A stretch of DNA of 64,000 nt. It comes from Octopus vulgaris. Lineage: Eukaryota. The notes under the pieces were generated by a model that saw only the letters and a list, made by a program, of their open reading frames with translations, did not search any database and had not been told where the DNA came from. Positions within the stretch are counted from its first letter, which is position 1. Every line of letters begins with the position of its first letter. The position numbers and the translations under genes were made by a program. The stretch spans positions 87,854,001-87,918,000 of the forward strand of contig OX597819.1 of NCBI GenBank assembly GCA_951406725.2, given 5' to 3'. Positions 27,690 to 41,361 of the stretch are shown here, in pieces.

Positions 27690-28215
27690 CGCGCAATTTG
27701 TCTCTTACTCTGTCACGCCAATATGCAACCTAACCAATCGCAGCTTCCAAATAAATCATGTGAGACAGTCTGTTCTAAACCCCAATTTGAGCTTACTGTG
27801 ACTTATAAAGTTCAACTTCTCCTTGTCTCGAAGTCTTTTGGTTCCATACCTACTAAAGTCTAGTCACCGACCACACGACACTGCCAGTTCCAGCGTCGAC
27901 GCCAGACAACACCCGTCCAACAGCATTGCAGCGACCTCCACCTTCATCGCCACCATCATGTCTCTCACCAACATCGTCAACAACATCTCTACGTACACAG
28001 CACCAGCAGCACTGCACAAGTTCTAACATAGCGCTGTTCTTGAGCTACCTCACCATGGTCAACAGCAAACATACAACCCACACAGATGCATGTAAATATA
28101 TCAATAAATCTTTCATAAGCCTTCTACTCGGTTGTGTCTCTTCTCTTTTCCAACTGGCACATTATATGTATTATCTCAGACTTCTGATATGAGACGTTTA
28201 GATGGTCACACTACA
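27690..28215 (+). mobile_element. Partial LTR related to family A
   Basis: CCAATCGCAGCTTCC..CCAGTTCCAGCG..GTACACAGCA shared with 19586 and 36855; AATAAA at ~28103; ends CTACA. Confidence 0.6.
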
Positions 28216-29163
28216 CGAATCACGATCTATAATGGTGACCATGACCATCTATATTCTAATTGATAACTATAAAATTTTTCAAAAAAATAATAATAAAAAT
28301 AAACAGTGATATACGCAAACAAAACGTGCGGGTGAAGTGAATCTTGTAATATGAAGAACCCACACAACTTGCAATTGTCATGGTTACTACTGTTAATGCC
28401 ACGCTGTCTGTTGATTGACTAAACTTACACAAATTTTCCAAACTTTAATTCCAAATGACATCAGATTCTTTAATTTACGAGATAAAGTAATTAGTTGAGC
28501 GTAATCACCATTCAGAACTGCATCGACACACCAAATCTGAGACAATCTGAGCAAAATTAAAGGGGGCTGAAACAGACTAGATCTTAAATTTGCATGAATC
28601 TGTTTCATACATACTTCATATTTTCTCTCCACACATTGAAAGAGAAGTGAATGCAGTTTATCTCTTCAGAACAATAAAAATACTTACACGCAATGACATT
28701 CTCTGACCTATATTTCAACTAAAGACTCTGAGTGACATGGCTACTAAAAAGTTGGGCAACATTATCAAGTTAGACACACCTGAGATATACGAAATAAGGT
28801 CATCATCAGAAATATTTTAGATTAGAAATCAACAACTTAGGCAACGCCTCTTAAACGTAGAAAGTCTGTTCATAGAAATAATAGAAACCATGATAAATAA
28901 TATTAACGAACACTCAAGTATAAAGCAAGCAACGACACAAGCTAACATACTCTTTACTCTTTTACTCTTTTACTTGTTTCAGTCATTTGACTGCGGCCAT
29001 GCTGGAGCACCGCCTTTAGTCGAGCAAATCGACCCTGGGACTTATTCTTTGTAAGCCCAGTACTTATTCTATCGGTCTCTTTTTGCCGAACCGCTAAGTG
29101 ACGGGGACGTAAATACACCAGCATCGGTTGTCAAGCAATGCTAGGGGGACAAACACAGACACA

Positions 29164-29249
<86 letters not shown>

Positions 29250-29509
29250 TACGACATGCTGAAGAAATTATTATTGTTCTATGTTACAGACATACCTATT
29301 TGCTCTCCACGAGGTAAATCAAACAGAAAGCAAAAGACATTACACCAAAGTTAAATTAACATTAATAATTCATAACAAAAACAAAAACAGTAAAATGCTT
29401 TTTATCAATTATGTCGTGAGTTTGACTATCTCGTCGCCCATAATGTTTTGACGACACTATAGCACATATTGAGTGTAGAATTGTATTACCCAAATAAATA
29501 TTTGGATAT

Positions 29510-32320
29510 TATTATCTATACAGTTGTCTAAACAGTTGTCTGTTTGGATGTCTGTTTATGTCAAGTTGTCGTCTACACTCGTTAACGAATTTTCGGGAAA
29601 TTTTGCAAACATATTAATGTAACATCCAGTTTGTTACTAGGTTCATTGAAGTTTAATAGAAATATATAATTGGATGGCTAGGGCCCCCAGAAGGGGTCCA
29701 CATATGTAATCAATATATTTTCCTTTAACAGCCAAAGGAAATAACCCATGGAAATTGACAACAAGTGGATCGTGCCCTACAACCCATTGCTGTCTAAAAC
29801 ATTGCAGGCCCATGTTAATGTCGAGTCATGCAACTCTATAAAAAGTATTAAATCTGTATGTAAATACATCAATACGGACTCAGATATGGCGGTTTGGGGA
29901 CTTGAACAGGAGGGCAGGTAGGCAGATGAAATTTAGCAATATAAGTTGGGCAGGTATATTTCCTCTAAGGAGGGCTTCGAAATCCACGAGCGGCATCCAA
30001 CAGTGGTGAATCTATCTGTTCATTTTGAAAATGGGGAGCGTGTATATTTCACAGAAGACATTGCTCGAAACGTAGCAGAGAATCTACCAGAAACCACTTT
30101 GACAGCTTTCTTCAAATTATGCCAATGTGATCTATTTGCCTGAACACTATTGTATGTTGAAGTTCCTGTGTACTATATCTGGGCACACAATAGATGGAAC
30201 AGATACAAGCAAGGAGCACGCGTTGAGGGCTGGGAAGAATATGCTGTCTTCAGAAGTGGAGCCATCGGATGGGTGTACACTGTACATCCTAATCATAAGG
30301 TGTGCTTCTTTCTGCGTCTACTGTTGCACACTGTCAGACCTTCGAAGACACAGTGGGGAAGTCTGCACGACCTACAGAGAAGCCTGCGCCAAACATGGAC
30401 TACTGGAGGACGATGCTCACTGGGGTCAGACATTGGAGAAGGCAGTAGTCAGTAGAGCACCAAGTACAAGCTATTTTTCTGTACAAGCTATTTTTCTGTA
30501 CAACTGTACAAGCTATTTTCTATCATGTTGATGACATGTGGCTTGGGTAAACCTTTCAAACTTTGGGCAACCTATAAAACCAGCATGGCAGTGGACATCC
30601 TACAAAGGATTCAAAGGCAAACCTCAGCGGAAATTGCCACGTTCAATAACGCCATTTAGAATGATACATTACTTGACCTGGACACCCGAGTGCAAGCTAT
30701 GGGAAGTCAAGGCATTGACACATTTGATCTGCCTCAACCTGAGCAAACAATCTCGCAATTGAGTACTTGCGAGAAATCAGCTATGACATCGAGGAAATGA
30801 CGGAGTACATAGCTGATAGCGAACACAGACTGATGGAGGACCAACTTGGTGTTTATAAGACCATTATTTCGAACATTGAAAGTGAAAGAGGAAGTCTTTT
30901 CTTTCTGGATGCTCCTGGTGGAACTGGCAAGACATTTGTCATCATCCTTCTTCTGTCTAAACTGCGCCAAATGAAATACATTACCATAGCAGTAGCATCA
31001 AGTGGAATAACTGCAACTCTGCTAAGTGGTGGCCTCACTGTTTCAAACTCTTTTTGTCTAAGAAAGAGAAGGCAAACTGCAACATCAGTCGTGGTTCTAT
31101 AAAAGGCAAACTTCTGAGTGAATGCAGGTCGATCATCTGGGATGAGGCGACAATGAGCCATAAGGTTTCCTTTGAAGCTCTTGACATGGCACTTCACGAT
31201 CTGAGACACAACGCCAGGCTATGGGAAGAGCCACAGTCTTGCTTGCAGGAGACTTTAGACAAATCTTTCCCGTCGTTTTAAAGGGGATAAGAGGAGATGA
31301 GGTAAATGCCAGCATAAAGTCGTCTTACCTATGGAGCAGTGTGCAAAAGCTGAGACTCACAACTAACATGAGACTGCAGCTCAGTGGTGATGATGCAAAT
31401 AGAACCTTTTCAAAGTAACTGTTGGACGTCGGTAATGGCACTTCGGTTGGCGAGAAGGATGGCCGGGTAAGCTTGCCTTTTGGACATATGGTATCTGATT
31501 TAAAGGAACTAATGAATAAGGTGTTTCCTTACCTGGGGAATCAGTTTACAGACTACAACTGGCTGAAAACCCGCGCCATTTTAGTTCCAAAGAATGTGGC
31601 GGTTGATGATTTGAGTGCCAAACTTCTGGAACAGTTGCCAGGTGAGCATCACGTCTACAATTCCATTGACACTGTACTCAACATCGATGAGGCTGTGAAT
31701 TATCCAGTTGAATTCTTGAATTGTCTAACACCACCCGGCCTCTCACCTCAAGATTGGGGAACCAGTTATGCTGCTTCGAAATCTCGATTCACCAGAGCTT
31801 TGCAATGGAACACGACTTATTATAAAGAAGATGATGCTAACAGTCATGGAGACAACAATTTTGACTGGTAAAGCAAGCGGTGAGCCTGTTTTCATTCCTA
31901 GAATTCCAATTATTCTCTCGGATATGCCTTTCCAGTACAAGCGCCTGCAATTCCCGTTGAAACAGAGCTTTGCAATGAGCATTAACAAGGCCCAGAAGCA
32001 ATCCTTGGATGTGGTAGGTCTGAACTTTGCGGAACCAGTTTTCTCCCATAGCCAACTTTATGTGGGATGCTCAAGAGTCGGCAATCCTAATCATTTGTTT
32101 ATTTATGCCCCACAAGGAAAGACCAAAAATGTCGTTATCAAGATCTGCAAACTTAAGATTCACAAAATCCTAAGGTAGTTATTATGCAAGTGTTGTAAAT
32201 ATATTGATAATGTACATGTTATTTTATTTTAAAATCTATGCTCAAATTTATTTGTACGTCTACTGTAAAACTAAATGTCAGTCTGTTTCTACATTCATTG
32301 TAAATCTATTGCAACACTAG
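29510..32320 (+). mobile_element. Degenerate Helitron (Rep plus Pif1-like helicase pseudogene)
   Basis: DNKWIVPYNP..HVNVESC.SIKS..KYIN (Rep), FLDAPGGTGKTF (Walker A), IIWDEATM (Walker B), GDFRQ, LCNGTRL, FAMSINKAQ and FSHSQLYVGCSRV, with many frameshifts. Ends approximate. Confidence 0.93.
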
Positions 32321-32426
32321 CGCCCCTAACTTGAAACAACCAGACATCTGAGAAGACCTCGATATTGCTATCACAAACGACCAATTCTTTTGGATCAATT
32401 TTAACCCACAAGTTCGAAACATATCA

Positions 32427-32481
<55 letters not shown>

Positions 32482-32524
32482 ACATATGTAAGCGTACGTA
32501 CATACACACACTCATTATTTATTT

Positions 32525-33330
32525 TAAAGTCACCATACATGTATTAAAGCGCTACTAGTAGTTTCCTATGTTGAGAAACTCAAACATATTCTTCAGGCGC
32601 CAACCAAATATAACGAACTAAAGAAATTGAATAATAGAAGAAACGTGAAAAACTTGAGAAGGCAGCATATAGAAAACGCAGACAGTAAACAACGGAAAGT
32701 GAAAAACAGAAACTAAAATGTAAAAAATAAAAAGTAAAAAGGTAGAAGAGCTGTCCTCCTTAGACCTTAAACGATAAAGCTGGAAAGATACCAAGTCAGT
32801 CAGGAATAGACAGAATTTTCCAATTCTTCAAAATATGCATGCAACCACTGAAAATTTCTGACCTGGTGTTCAATAGAGAGTTAGGGATCTTACATCTAAA
32901 CAGGATCTGCACCTTTTCAGCCAAATGAAGTCTATATTTATTCGATCCATTCACACTTGCTATTTAATCACATGCAGCGTTTCGTTGTCTTTCAAAGTCC
33001 ATACGTAGCTAGCCAACTTAGTAGCTTTACTTTTGTCTTATGTCGGAAGGAGGATATTTTTTATTTGCAGAGCGATTTTTAAATTCATCTCCACTTAATC
33101 CGATATAGGCCTTCTTATCAGTTGCATTATTATTATTTAGGGTTGCAGTAACTTCTGCCTCATATACAATAGATTTAGTCATACATCGTTGGTCAAGTGG
33201 CCGGATCCTGGGTCGCGACAGTTGCAACTGGACTCAAGGTTTCTCTTTTCGTCTTTTCACATTTCTACAACATGGCAGAAGTGTTTGAAAGCAAAATGGT
33301 GACACGATCTTTTATACATCTAGATTCATA
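32525..33330 (-). mobile_element. 5'-truncated Penelope-like element (GIY-YIG remnant plus pLTR with HHR)
   Basis: RCMTKSIVYEAEV..KAYIGLSGDEFKNR, then ATKLASYVWTLK..LLNTRSEIFSGCMH, followed by an HHR at 32549-32600. Confidence 0.85.
32549..32600 (-). ncRNA. Type I hammerhead ribozyme
   Basis: GCGC-CUGAAGA-A-UAUGUU(U)GAG-uuu-CUC-AACAUA-G-GAAA-CUACUAG-UA-GCGC. All three stems can pair; cleavage triplet GUA. Confidence 0.8.
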
Positions 33331-34143
33331 TTTAGGATACATTGTGAGAATAATAAATCGACTCCAGTACTTGACTGGTGATTTATTCTCTCGACGCCGG
33401 AAGGATGTGAAACGAACTTAGATGTGGGTGAATATCTCTTGTGCACTTTTGGGGTGCACAAAGCAATCACTCTCACTAGTCGTTGCTTTAATAATCCAGA
33501 TTCTCTACAAGTCGGAAACAACAAGACGCAGACGTAAAATATACATATAACTACTTTATTCTCTTTCTTGGTAAACAGTAACAATAAGTGTGTTATCTGA
33601 TGTCCTTGATTCGGGCGCGCAAGGCTGAAAGTTAATAGATTGTAATATTTACAATCTTCAGCCCAAAAACAGAAAGGGATTCAAGATGGCGTCGAACAAT
33701 GGAGACGATGTTGGTCTGCAACAATTTTGGTTAAAAGTCTTCGGCCAAAGGACTGCTAGAATCAGTTCAGACGGAGAGAATATATGCGTGACTGCCGCCT
33801 TCAATCGCTGGGTCCCAAGTCTTCGGCCAAAGGACTGCTAGAATCTAATCCTGACGGAGAGAATATATGCGTGACCGCCGCCTTCAATCGCTGGGTCCCA
33901 AGTCCCCGCTGCTGCTGGACGCTGGTGGTCAACGTCTTACGAACCCCTTGCCTCGGCTAACTGCTACGTAGGCAAAAGGGTTCTTCTTCCGGTGCTTCGC
34001 GCATGCGCGAGAGGGCCCTACCTTTCTCTGCCTTGGTAAAGGCACCAACACGCGCGAAATACAAATGGACGATGCGTGAGCGCGCGCCTTTGTAGGATCA
34101 CTACAGGCTCCCCTCCAGTGCGTACGCACGAAAGGAAACTTAT

Positions 34144-35341
34144 TGTAGTGACTGCAAAACTCAAGGTGGACACCAGATAACCAAATAGCACACAATAATA
34201 TAATGGCAAAATTTATAACATACACAAGAAATTTACTAAAGGAAAAAGAGAAAAAATACTCAATGAGCAAAAATCAAGAGTGCATGCATGAAAGTGTATA
34301 CGTCACAAAGTATAGAGCCCTCCGAGGTAGGAAGCGGAGGGAATGCAAAACTCACAGTTAATGAACCTAGGCGAAATTAAATCCAACTTCTCTAAAGGTG
34401 GTTGATCCTGCGAAATAGCAGTTAAATCAATTGCTGCAGGAGAGGAAATGGAATTGACAGAAGCTCGCTAGTAACACAAAAGGCAAAAGTGCAAACATGC
34501 TGGTGTGATGCGCGACACAGATAATTTTCTGTTAATTACGTGACCAACAGTGGTCTAACAGGGAAAAATAATTACGCCTATAAATCGGCGCAGCGCATTT
34601 GAACATCCGACGTCTTATGAGTCGGGAAAAACTAAGCTACTGCAAACTTGTTGCAAAAAACAAGGCAATACACGTGCGAAGCAAAAGGCGCATGAAATGC
34701 AATAGTGCTTGCCAGACCAAAAAACAGCAAATGAATATGCCAGTGGTTAAGCGATTATATGCTTCGTTCGTACAGGAACAAAGGTATGGCATGCTGGCGC
34801 GTTATAATGGACAAACAACCCTCTCTATGTATACGTGACCGACCTAGGGTCTATAGAAATGAGGGGTGTCCACAAAAGGCAAATTTAGCATGGAACAAAC
34901 AAGCGAGAAAAGCATGTGTGACGTATGTATGTGAGAGAGAGCATTTATGTGTGTGTACGTGTGTGCGACAGAAATACATACAAGGTGAATGCGAGCAAAA
35001 TATAAAAACAGCGCATAGAAAAAAATGTCTCTCAAGGGCTATTCCAGACAAGAATTAATTTACCAGTCTGTAATAGCCTGATGTACAATAGCAGTTCGTT
35101 CTGTAACAGAAATGTTGAAATCACAAAATGCAGATGCCGGTTGAACACATATCGTGTAGCGGTTGTGGCTTCGATGCTGTGACAGGTTAACTGGAACAGA
35201 AGAATCTCGTAGATAGTCGGTGCTGTGAATTCTTGGTGTGCTAATGCACAAACGGCAAGTGGACCAAACTTTCGCGAGTTGCTATGTACATCTTGTGGAG
35301 GTCGACGGTGTTGAAAGGCGACGTTGGTGGTGGAAGGCGAC
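34144..35341 (-). mobile_element. Nested family-A-like LTR fragment
   Basis: Starts TGTAGTG at 34144. The reverse complement of 35040-35340 matches 19960-20220 and 37320-37570. Confidence 0.55.
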
Positions 35342-35759
35342 TGTAGTGGACTTGGGAACCAGCGATTGAAGGCGGCGGTCACGCATATATTCTCTCCGTC
35401 AGGATTAGATTCTAGCAGTCCTTTGGCCGAAGACTTTTAACCAAAATTGTTGCAGACCAACATCGTCTCCATTGTTCGACGCCATCTTGACCCCTTTCTG
35501 TTTTGGGCTGAAGATTGTAAATATTACAATCTATTAACTTTCAGCCTTGCGCGCCCAGAATCAAGGACATCAGATAACACACTTATTGTTATTGTTTACC
35601 AAGAAAGAGAATAAAGTAGTTATATGTATATTTTACGTCTGCGTCTTGTTGTTTCTGACTAGTAGAATTCTGGATTATTAAAGCAACGGCTAGTGAGTGA
35701 TTGCTTTGTGCACCCCAAAAGTGCACGAAGATACACACTCACACGAAGTTCGTTACAAG

Positions 35760-35777
35760 TGGTGACCCCGACGTGAT
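35760..35777 (+). promoter_or_regulatory. Primer-binding site complementary to the tRNA-Trp 3' end
   Basis: TGGTGACCCCGACGTGAT (18 nt) lies 2 nt after the LTR end TTACA (35757) and is complementary to metazoan tRNA-Trp ...AUCACGUCGGGGUCACCA. Confidence 0.88.
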
Positions 35778-36854
35778 CGCTGGGTCCCAAGTCCCCGCTG
35801 CTGCTGGACGCTGGTGGTCAACGTCTTACGAACCCCTTGCCTCGGCTAACTGCTACGTAGGCAAAAGGGTTCTTCTTCCGGTGCTTCGCGCATGCGCGAG
35901 AGGGCCCTACCTTTCTCTGCCTTGGTAAAGGCACCAACACGCGCGAAATACAAATGGACGATGCGTGAGCGCGCGCCTTTGTAGGATCACTACAGATGAA
36001 AAACAAAGCTAACTTCGGAAGGATTTAAAACCAGAAAGTAAATAGCCATAACTAATACCACAAAATAGTTTTTCAACATTAGCTTACCATTATAAGTCTT
36101 TTCGATTTCTTGAATAATGTTTCCATAAAAAACCAAAAGAACCCCAGAAAGAATTGAAGCGGTTCATAATAGTTGTCATAGTGAATGGTACCAATATATC
36201 GAACCAACCAAAAATAAAATTTGTAAACAATACTTAAAATTAAAAAGAAAACTCGTTAAGTAGCATCCAGTAGATTGGATAATGATCCTAATTTTGCGTG
36301 CAGTTTGAGGGAACACGGTAATGATTTTCCTTGATAAACAATTCTCTTCTATCGATTTCATATCCTCCGCCTCTGTCTCTGTCTCTCTCTGTCTGTCTCT
36401 CTCTGTCTCTCCCCCTCTCTCTCTCCGTTTCTCCTTCGCTCTTTCTTTCTCTTCTTATTTGTTCAGACATAACTGCTGAAATATCGATTCCTTTTTATTA
36501 CATTATAGTGTTCAAGTTGAGGTGCTTGATATTTTGCTTTAATAACAGCGGTGAGCAATTTACTTGTGAACAACGTAATAATATTGTCAGTTCGGTCTGT
36601 TGTTTCGTTCGTCTGAGCTGTGTAAAGTTCACCTTTATTCTGTGGATCTGATGTTTGCCATTCGTCATTTTATTTTTTAATCATTAACCAAGGCAACACC
36701 AGTTACTTACTAATAATACATAAAAAAATACAATCAACTCGCACATTTCAATATTTATTTTGCGTGCGGTTTGAGGGAACACGATAAAGACCTCCCTTGA
36801 TAACAAAGCTCATCTATTGATTTCTTGTTTTCTTTCTCTCCTTTCTCTTTCACT

Positions 36855-36873
36855 TGTGGCGGACGCTTAGTGA

Positions 36874-36942
<69 letters not shown>

Positions 36943-37699
36943 ATATATAACATGAATACGGATGTAGCAGATAACAGCTAGCCTTCGGGAATTTGGACTC
37001 TATTGTGTCCACTACTCTGATTGGTTGGTATTGGCGCAATTTGTCTCTTGCTCTATTACGCACCAATGTGCAACCCAACCAATTGCAGCCTTCTGATAAG
37101 GTCCTGTGACACAGTCTTTTTCTAAAGCTCCGTTTGAGCCGATAATTTGCTATAAAACTTCAGCGATTCATCAAGTCGATATCTTTGGTTCTAGACCATC
37201 TAAGGTCTGACCACTGACCACAGAGCATACAGCCAGTTCCAGCGACAGACAACACCACCAGCTCACATGGAAACTCAACTTCGTCCAGCAGCATTCCTGA
37301 CCTCCATCTCCGTCGCCCCCGTCTTCTTAACGACGCCAAACATATTTACGTACACAGCATCATTCATCCAGGTTCTATCTCCACACTGTTTGTGAATTAC
37401 TTCACCATGGTTGACAGCAAATACAACCTGCGAGATCTTCCTGTATCAAGTAACCGGCTCTGCATAGTAGCCACAACCGCTTACACGACACGTGCTTCAA
37501 CCGGCTCTGCATTGTAGCCACAAGTTCTTGTTAGAGCACTTCAACTATTGTGTACCTTACTACGAACTGGTATTTATCTTCATTGTGTCTGAACTTCTAG
37601 CGTCCTGTTATAGACTCTTTCTATGCTCTGTATTTTATCTCACACGCATACACCCTTGTTTTTACACACATATACTTTATGTATGCATGACGGCCTGTC

Positions 37700-37763
<64 letters not shown>

Positions 37764-37964
37764 GTACTTATGTCGAACACACAGACACACTCATGTTAAC
37801 ACCTAAATAAAACCTTTCTCTTAACATTCTACGGTTGTGTCGTCTTTCTTTTCCTGCTGACACTCACGTTCATTTATCCATTTTGCGTTTATTGTAAGCG
37901 ACCGTGCGGTGTATTAAAGGAGTCATTCAGTCGTCAACTCTCCTTTCGCACGGTCGTTCTTACA
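36855..37964 (+). mobile_element. Solo LTR (family A) with perfect 4-bp TSD CACT
   Basis: CACT|TGTGG...TTACA|CACT; AATAAA at ~37806; homologous to 19586-20547; contains (TC)n and (TTA)n. Confidence 0.85.
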
Positions 37965-38279
37965 CACTTCATGTACCCAGTCATGATAGAATGTAATATA
38001 GAATTAAGACTATAACTCGAAAAAAATTTCTTTCGTGTCGTTACGCAAATTGATTCCTGTCCAATTTTAGTTCAAACATTTAGCCAATGCCAGTTACTCT
38101 AACTGATGTAATTCTTAGAATCGTCATTAATTATCATGAATGACGGATTCATGAAGAAGGCTCTACGTAATCGTCCGGCCTGCTAGCAATAGCAGTCTAA
38201 ACTTACCTCAAATCACACCCTATATCTACAAAAAACCCCCTAAAAAATCTTTAAAGATTATTGAATATTAGCCTTAGAG

Positions 38280-38610
38280 CAGTGGCTCTCAACCGGGGTC
38301 CAGAAGGCCCTTGAGGGTCTATATAAAATTTTTGGTGGCCCACACAACAAAATGGTAAATTGTGGATCCACAAAAGTATTTTAAGGGCCCCTGAAAAAAA
38401 TTTGTTTTCGGTGCATGTATTGGTATGCATTGCAAGAAACTGTTAGGTTTCTTTCTCTAACATTTTACATAGACCAACCTACACAAGCTAATGTGTGGAA
38501 GAAAAAATAGGAATTTTGAAAGAAGTTTCGATAAAACTAGTTTTTAAACATCGAATGACTATGGGGGTCCACCCGAATAAAATATTAATTAAAGGGTCCA
38601 AGACGAAATG
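38280..38610 (+). mobile_element. hAT-type MITE (3' TIR decayed)
   Basis: Starts CAGTGGCTCTCAAC and is colinear with 51576-51981. Confidence 0.75.
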
Positions 38611-39281
38611 GCTGCAGCTCGATTGACTTTAATCTTAGATTTGTTTAACCAGAGCTAACTTGGAGCTAGTCAACAACATCTTTATTGCAAATGTAAGCCT
38701 TTCATTGCTGGTTAAAATACGACTTGTGAACATTTGCCAGCAATTCGATTCTGCTGTTTAATTCACATGGAGTTTTCAATGTTGTCTAGCTTTTTTAAGG
38801 CCTCACTAATTCCTTAGGGTTCCAGATTTAAATCTACATTTCTGTAGAGTAAAAGTCAACTTGGGTGGGGCTGATCAAAGCTGTTCAAAAATGTTAGCAG
38901 AAGCTTACACTTTGCATATTGCAAAAAGTGCCTAAAAATAACCAGATGCAAGCTATTTTTTCACGTTAAGTCATCAAACATGAGTGATTTCTGATAGCAT
39001 TTGATCTGAGTAAGAGAGAGAGGAAGGGGAGAGGGGGAGAGATAGAAAGAGAGAGAGATGAGGAAGGAAGAGGGTTTGCGTTAATTTTATACATTTTAAG
39101 TGTTGTAACCGTGTTTCTACTGAATGATATGGAAACAAAAAGCAAGTTAAATTTTCCAGAAGGTAAATATACTTAATGCAGCTAAAACGGCTTTCGAAGA
39201 CTTAGAAAATAGAATCCAGAAAAAAATATATATGTGTATATATATATATATATGTGTGTGTGAGTGTGTGCGTGTGCGCGC

Positions 39282-39343
<62 letters not shown>

Positions 39344-39578
39344 GTGTATCACAGGAAAAAAATGTACTGAAAAAAAATAAATAAAAAGTTAGCAACAAGA
39401 AATCCTTCGCAACTTGTATGTTGCTCAATGGGAGAACCACAAGACTTTGGCTGAGATTTTGGTGGCGTCGGCATGAATTTTTGTCTTAGTCATGAACATA
39501 AAAAATACTTAATATGCATGTGATGCCTTACTATGTAAGGTGTTTTCAATCTGTACATGCCATGAATTGTCAATATAA

Positions 39579-40000
39579 GGCGCAGGCGTGGCTGTGTGGT
39601 AAGAAACTTGCTTCCCAACGACATTGTTCGGGGTTCAGTCCCACTGCGTGGCACCTTGGGCAAGTGTCTTCTGCTATTGTCTCGGTCTGACCAAAGCCTT
39701 GTGAGTGGATTTGGTAGACGGAAACTGAAAGAAGCTCGTCGTATATATGTATGCGTGTATATGCGTGTGTGTGTGCGCGCGCATCTTTGTGTCTGTGTCT
39801 TCCCCCTTCCCGACCACCGCTTGACAACCGGTGGTGGTGTATTTACGTCCCCCGTAACTTAGCGGTTCGGCGAAAGAACCGATAGTAAAAGTACCAGACT
39901 TTAAAAAATAGTACTGAGGTCGATTAATTCGACTAAAAAAAATTCTTCAATCAGTGCCCCAGTATGGCCGCAGTCTTATTGCTGAAACAAGTAAAAACAA
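39579..40000 (+). mobile_element. SINE family A copy
   Basis: Colinear with 21586-21980. Confidence 0.88.
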
Positions 40001-40155
40001 AATAGATATGTAATGTCATCTTATATAAATTGTGTACAATTTTCACGCAGAGTCAGCTAACAACCGATTTAAACTACTTCTTGTTTTATTACTAAATTTA
40101 TTTAAAGTATTAAAATAAAAGGTGACTTTTTTCGGTGACGTTTTTCTTAACTAAA

Positions 40156-40482
40156 TTTGGGATCTTTACCTTTTGACGTATAGATTTAAAAAATAAATTA
40201 GGGTTAGGGTTGTCATGAATAACAGTGACAAACGAAAAATACACCGCCGGAAGTTCTTGTTGACAAGCAACGGCAGTAATTTTATTCAGCTGAATACGTC
40301 ATTGATTGGTTGAAATTACCGAAATAGGCCTACTTTAACGTGAAATTACTTCGTAAATATAAGTCTTTCTCAAAAATGCTAAGAGTAAAAGATGTTTTAT
40401 ATGACACATTCTAAAGTTTGAAAGTGTTTAGTCGCAAAAAATTATTTTTTAAATCTGTAGGTCAAAAGGTAAAGATCCCAAA
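40156..40482. mobile_element. MITE related to the 11657 family
   Basis: TIRs TTTGGGATCTTTACCTTTTGAC / GTCAAAAGGTAAAGATCCCAAA; internal TTAGGGTTAGGGTT and the shared ACGTCATTGATTGGTTGAAATT core. Confidence 0.85.
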
Positions 40483-41317
40483 ATATTTTTATTGTGTCAA
40501 TGGTTTATGATTTAAATTATTTAAAATGGCTTAAACCCACACAGGCAATTACTCTGCCTTTGCTACAATCGTAATGTCAGCTGTTTAACAATTTTCTCAA
40601 CATAGCTTTTGATACGTGCCCACGTTTATACAATCAACATATTTGTCATTGAGCTATGCTCCTTCATGCATGTAGAAAACAATTTGCACAGATAGCTTCT
40701 GTAGTGTTTATCTATATATAGTTGGTATGTTGAGATTTGAGTGAGACGGTCTTTATGCACTGAAAATTTAACTTACAGTGGATTAATACTTGAAATAGTT
40801 TTTACAAGAGTCAAGTTGGTTTAACAACGTGCAATGTGTTGAAAATTAACTATGTTTTCAGTTTGGTTTGAATTTTTTTTTTATCTTATAAGTCCTATTA
40901 AGATAATTTCTGCACATTTTCAGCAGTTGTTAACGGCGATAAATACAATACTAGGGTCAACAGCCTAATGTGAAAGCAACTACAATAACATAAATATATT
41001 TATGCACCTCCACAATGTACAAAACTTCAAACTAATCAACTTTCAGCTCTTGTGTTTTTTAATGTAGCAAAATTCAACCCCGAATAACATGCGAGGACAT
41101 GGTTTCTTATCTGCAGACGACGCATTAAAAAGCTGATTAAAGAGGCGGTGGCAGATTTATTATCTTGTTTTTTTTTTCTTGTTTCAGTCGAATAAATCTT
41201 CTTCAGTACATATTTTTTAAAGCCTAGTTCTTATTTTTCGGGCTCTTTGGTCAACCCAGTAAGTAAACTAACACTGGGTGCCAAGTGATGGTGGGGTGGC
41301 AAACATAGCGACACTCA

Positions 41318-41354
<37 letters not shown>

Positions 41355-41361
<7 letters not shown>

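Larger units (their letters stand above)
33408..35994 (-). mobile_element. Rearranged non-coding Gypsy-type LTR element (family B) with 4-bp TSD GATG, inserted in a SINE
   Basis: Minus-strand LTR 33408-34105 (TGTAGTGATCC start) is preceded by PPT GGAGGGGAGCC (34106-34116). A second 5' LTR piece lies at 35775-35994. GATG is present at 33404-33407 and 35995-35998. The flanks rejoin into SINE B (GGAAGGATG|AAAAACAAAG). Confidence 0.82.

Noticed and set aside
29700-32178. Host PIF1 helicase gene
   Set aside because: It is intronless, frameshifted and linked to Helitron Rep motifs, so it is a transposon relic.
41178-41212. CUGAAGA...GAAA on the minus strand
   Set aside because: No convincing stem I or III and no UH placement; the sequence is a decayed SINE A tail.
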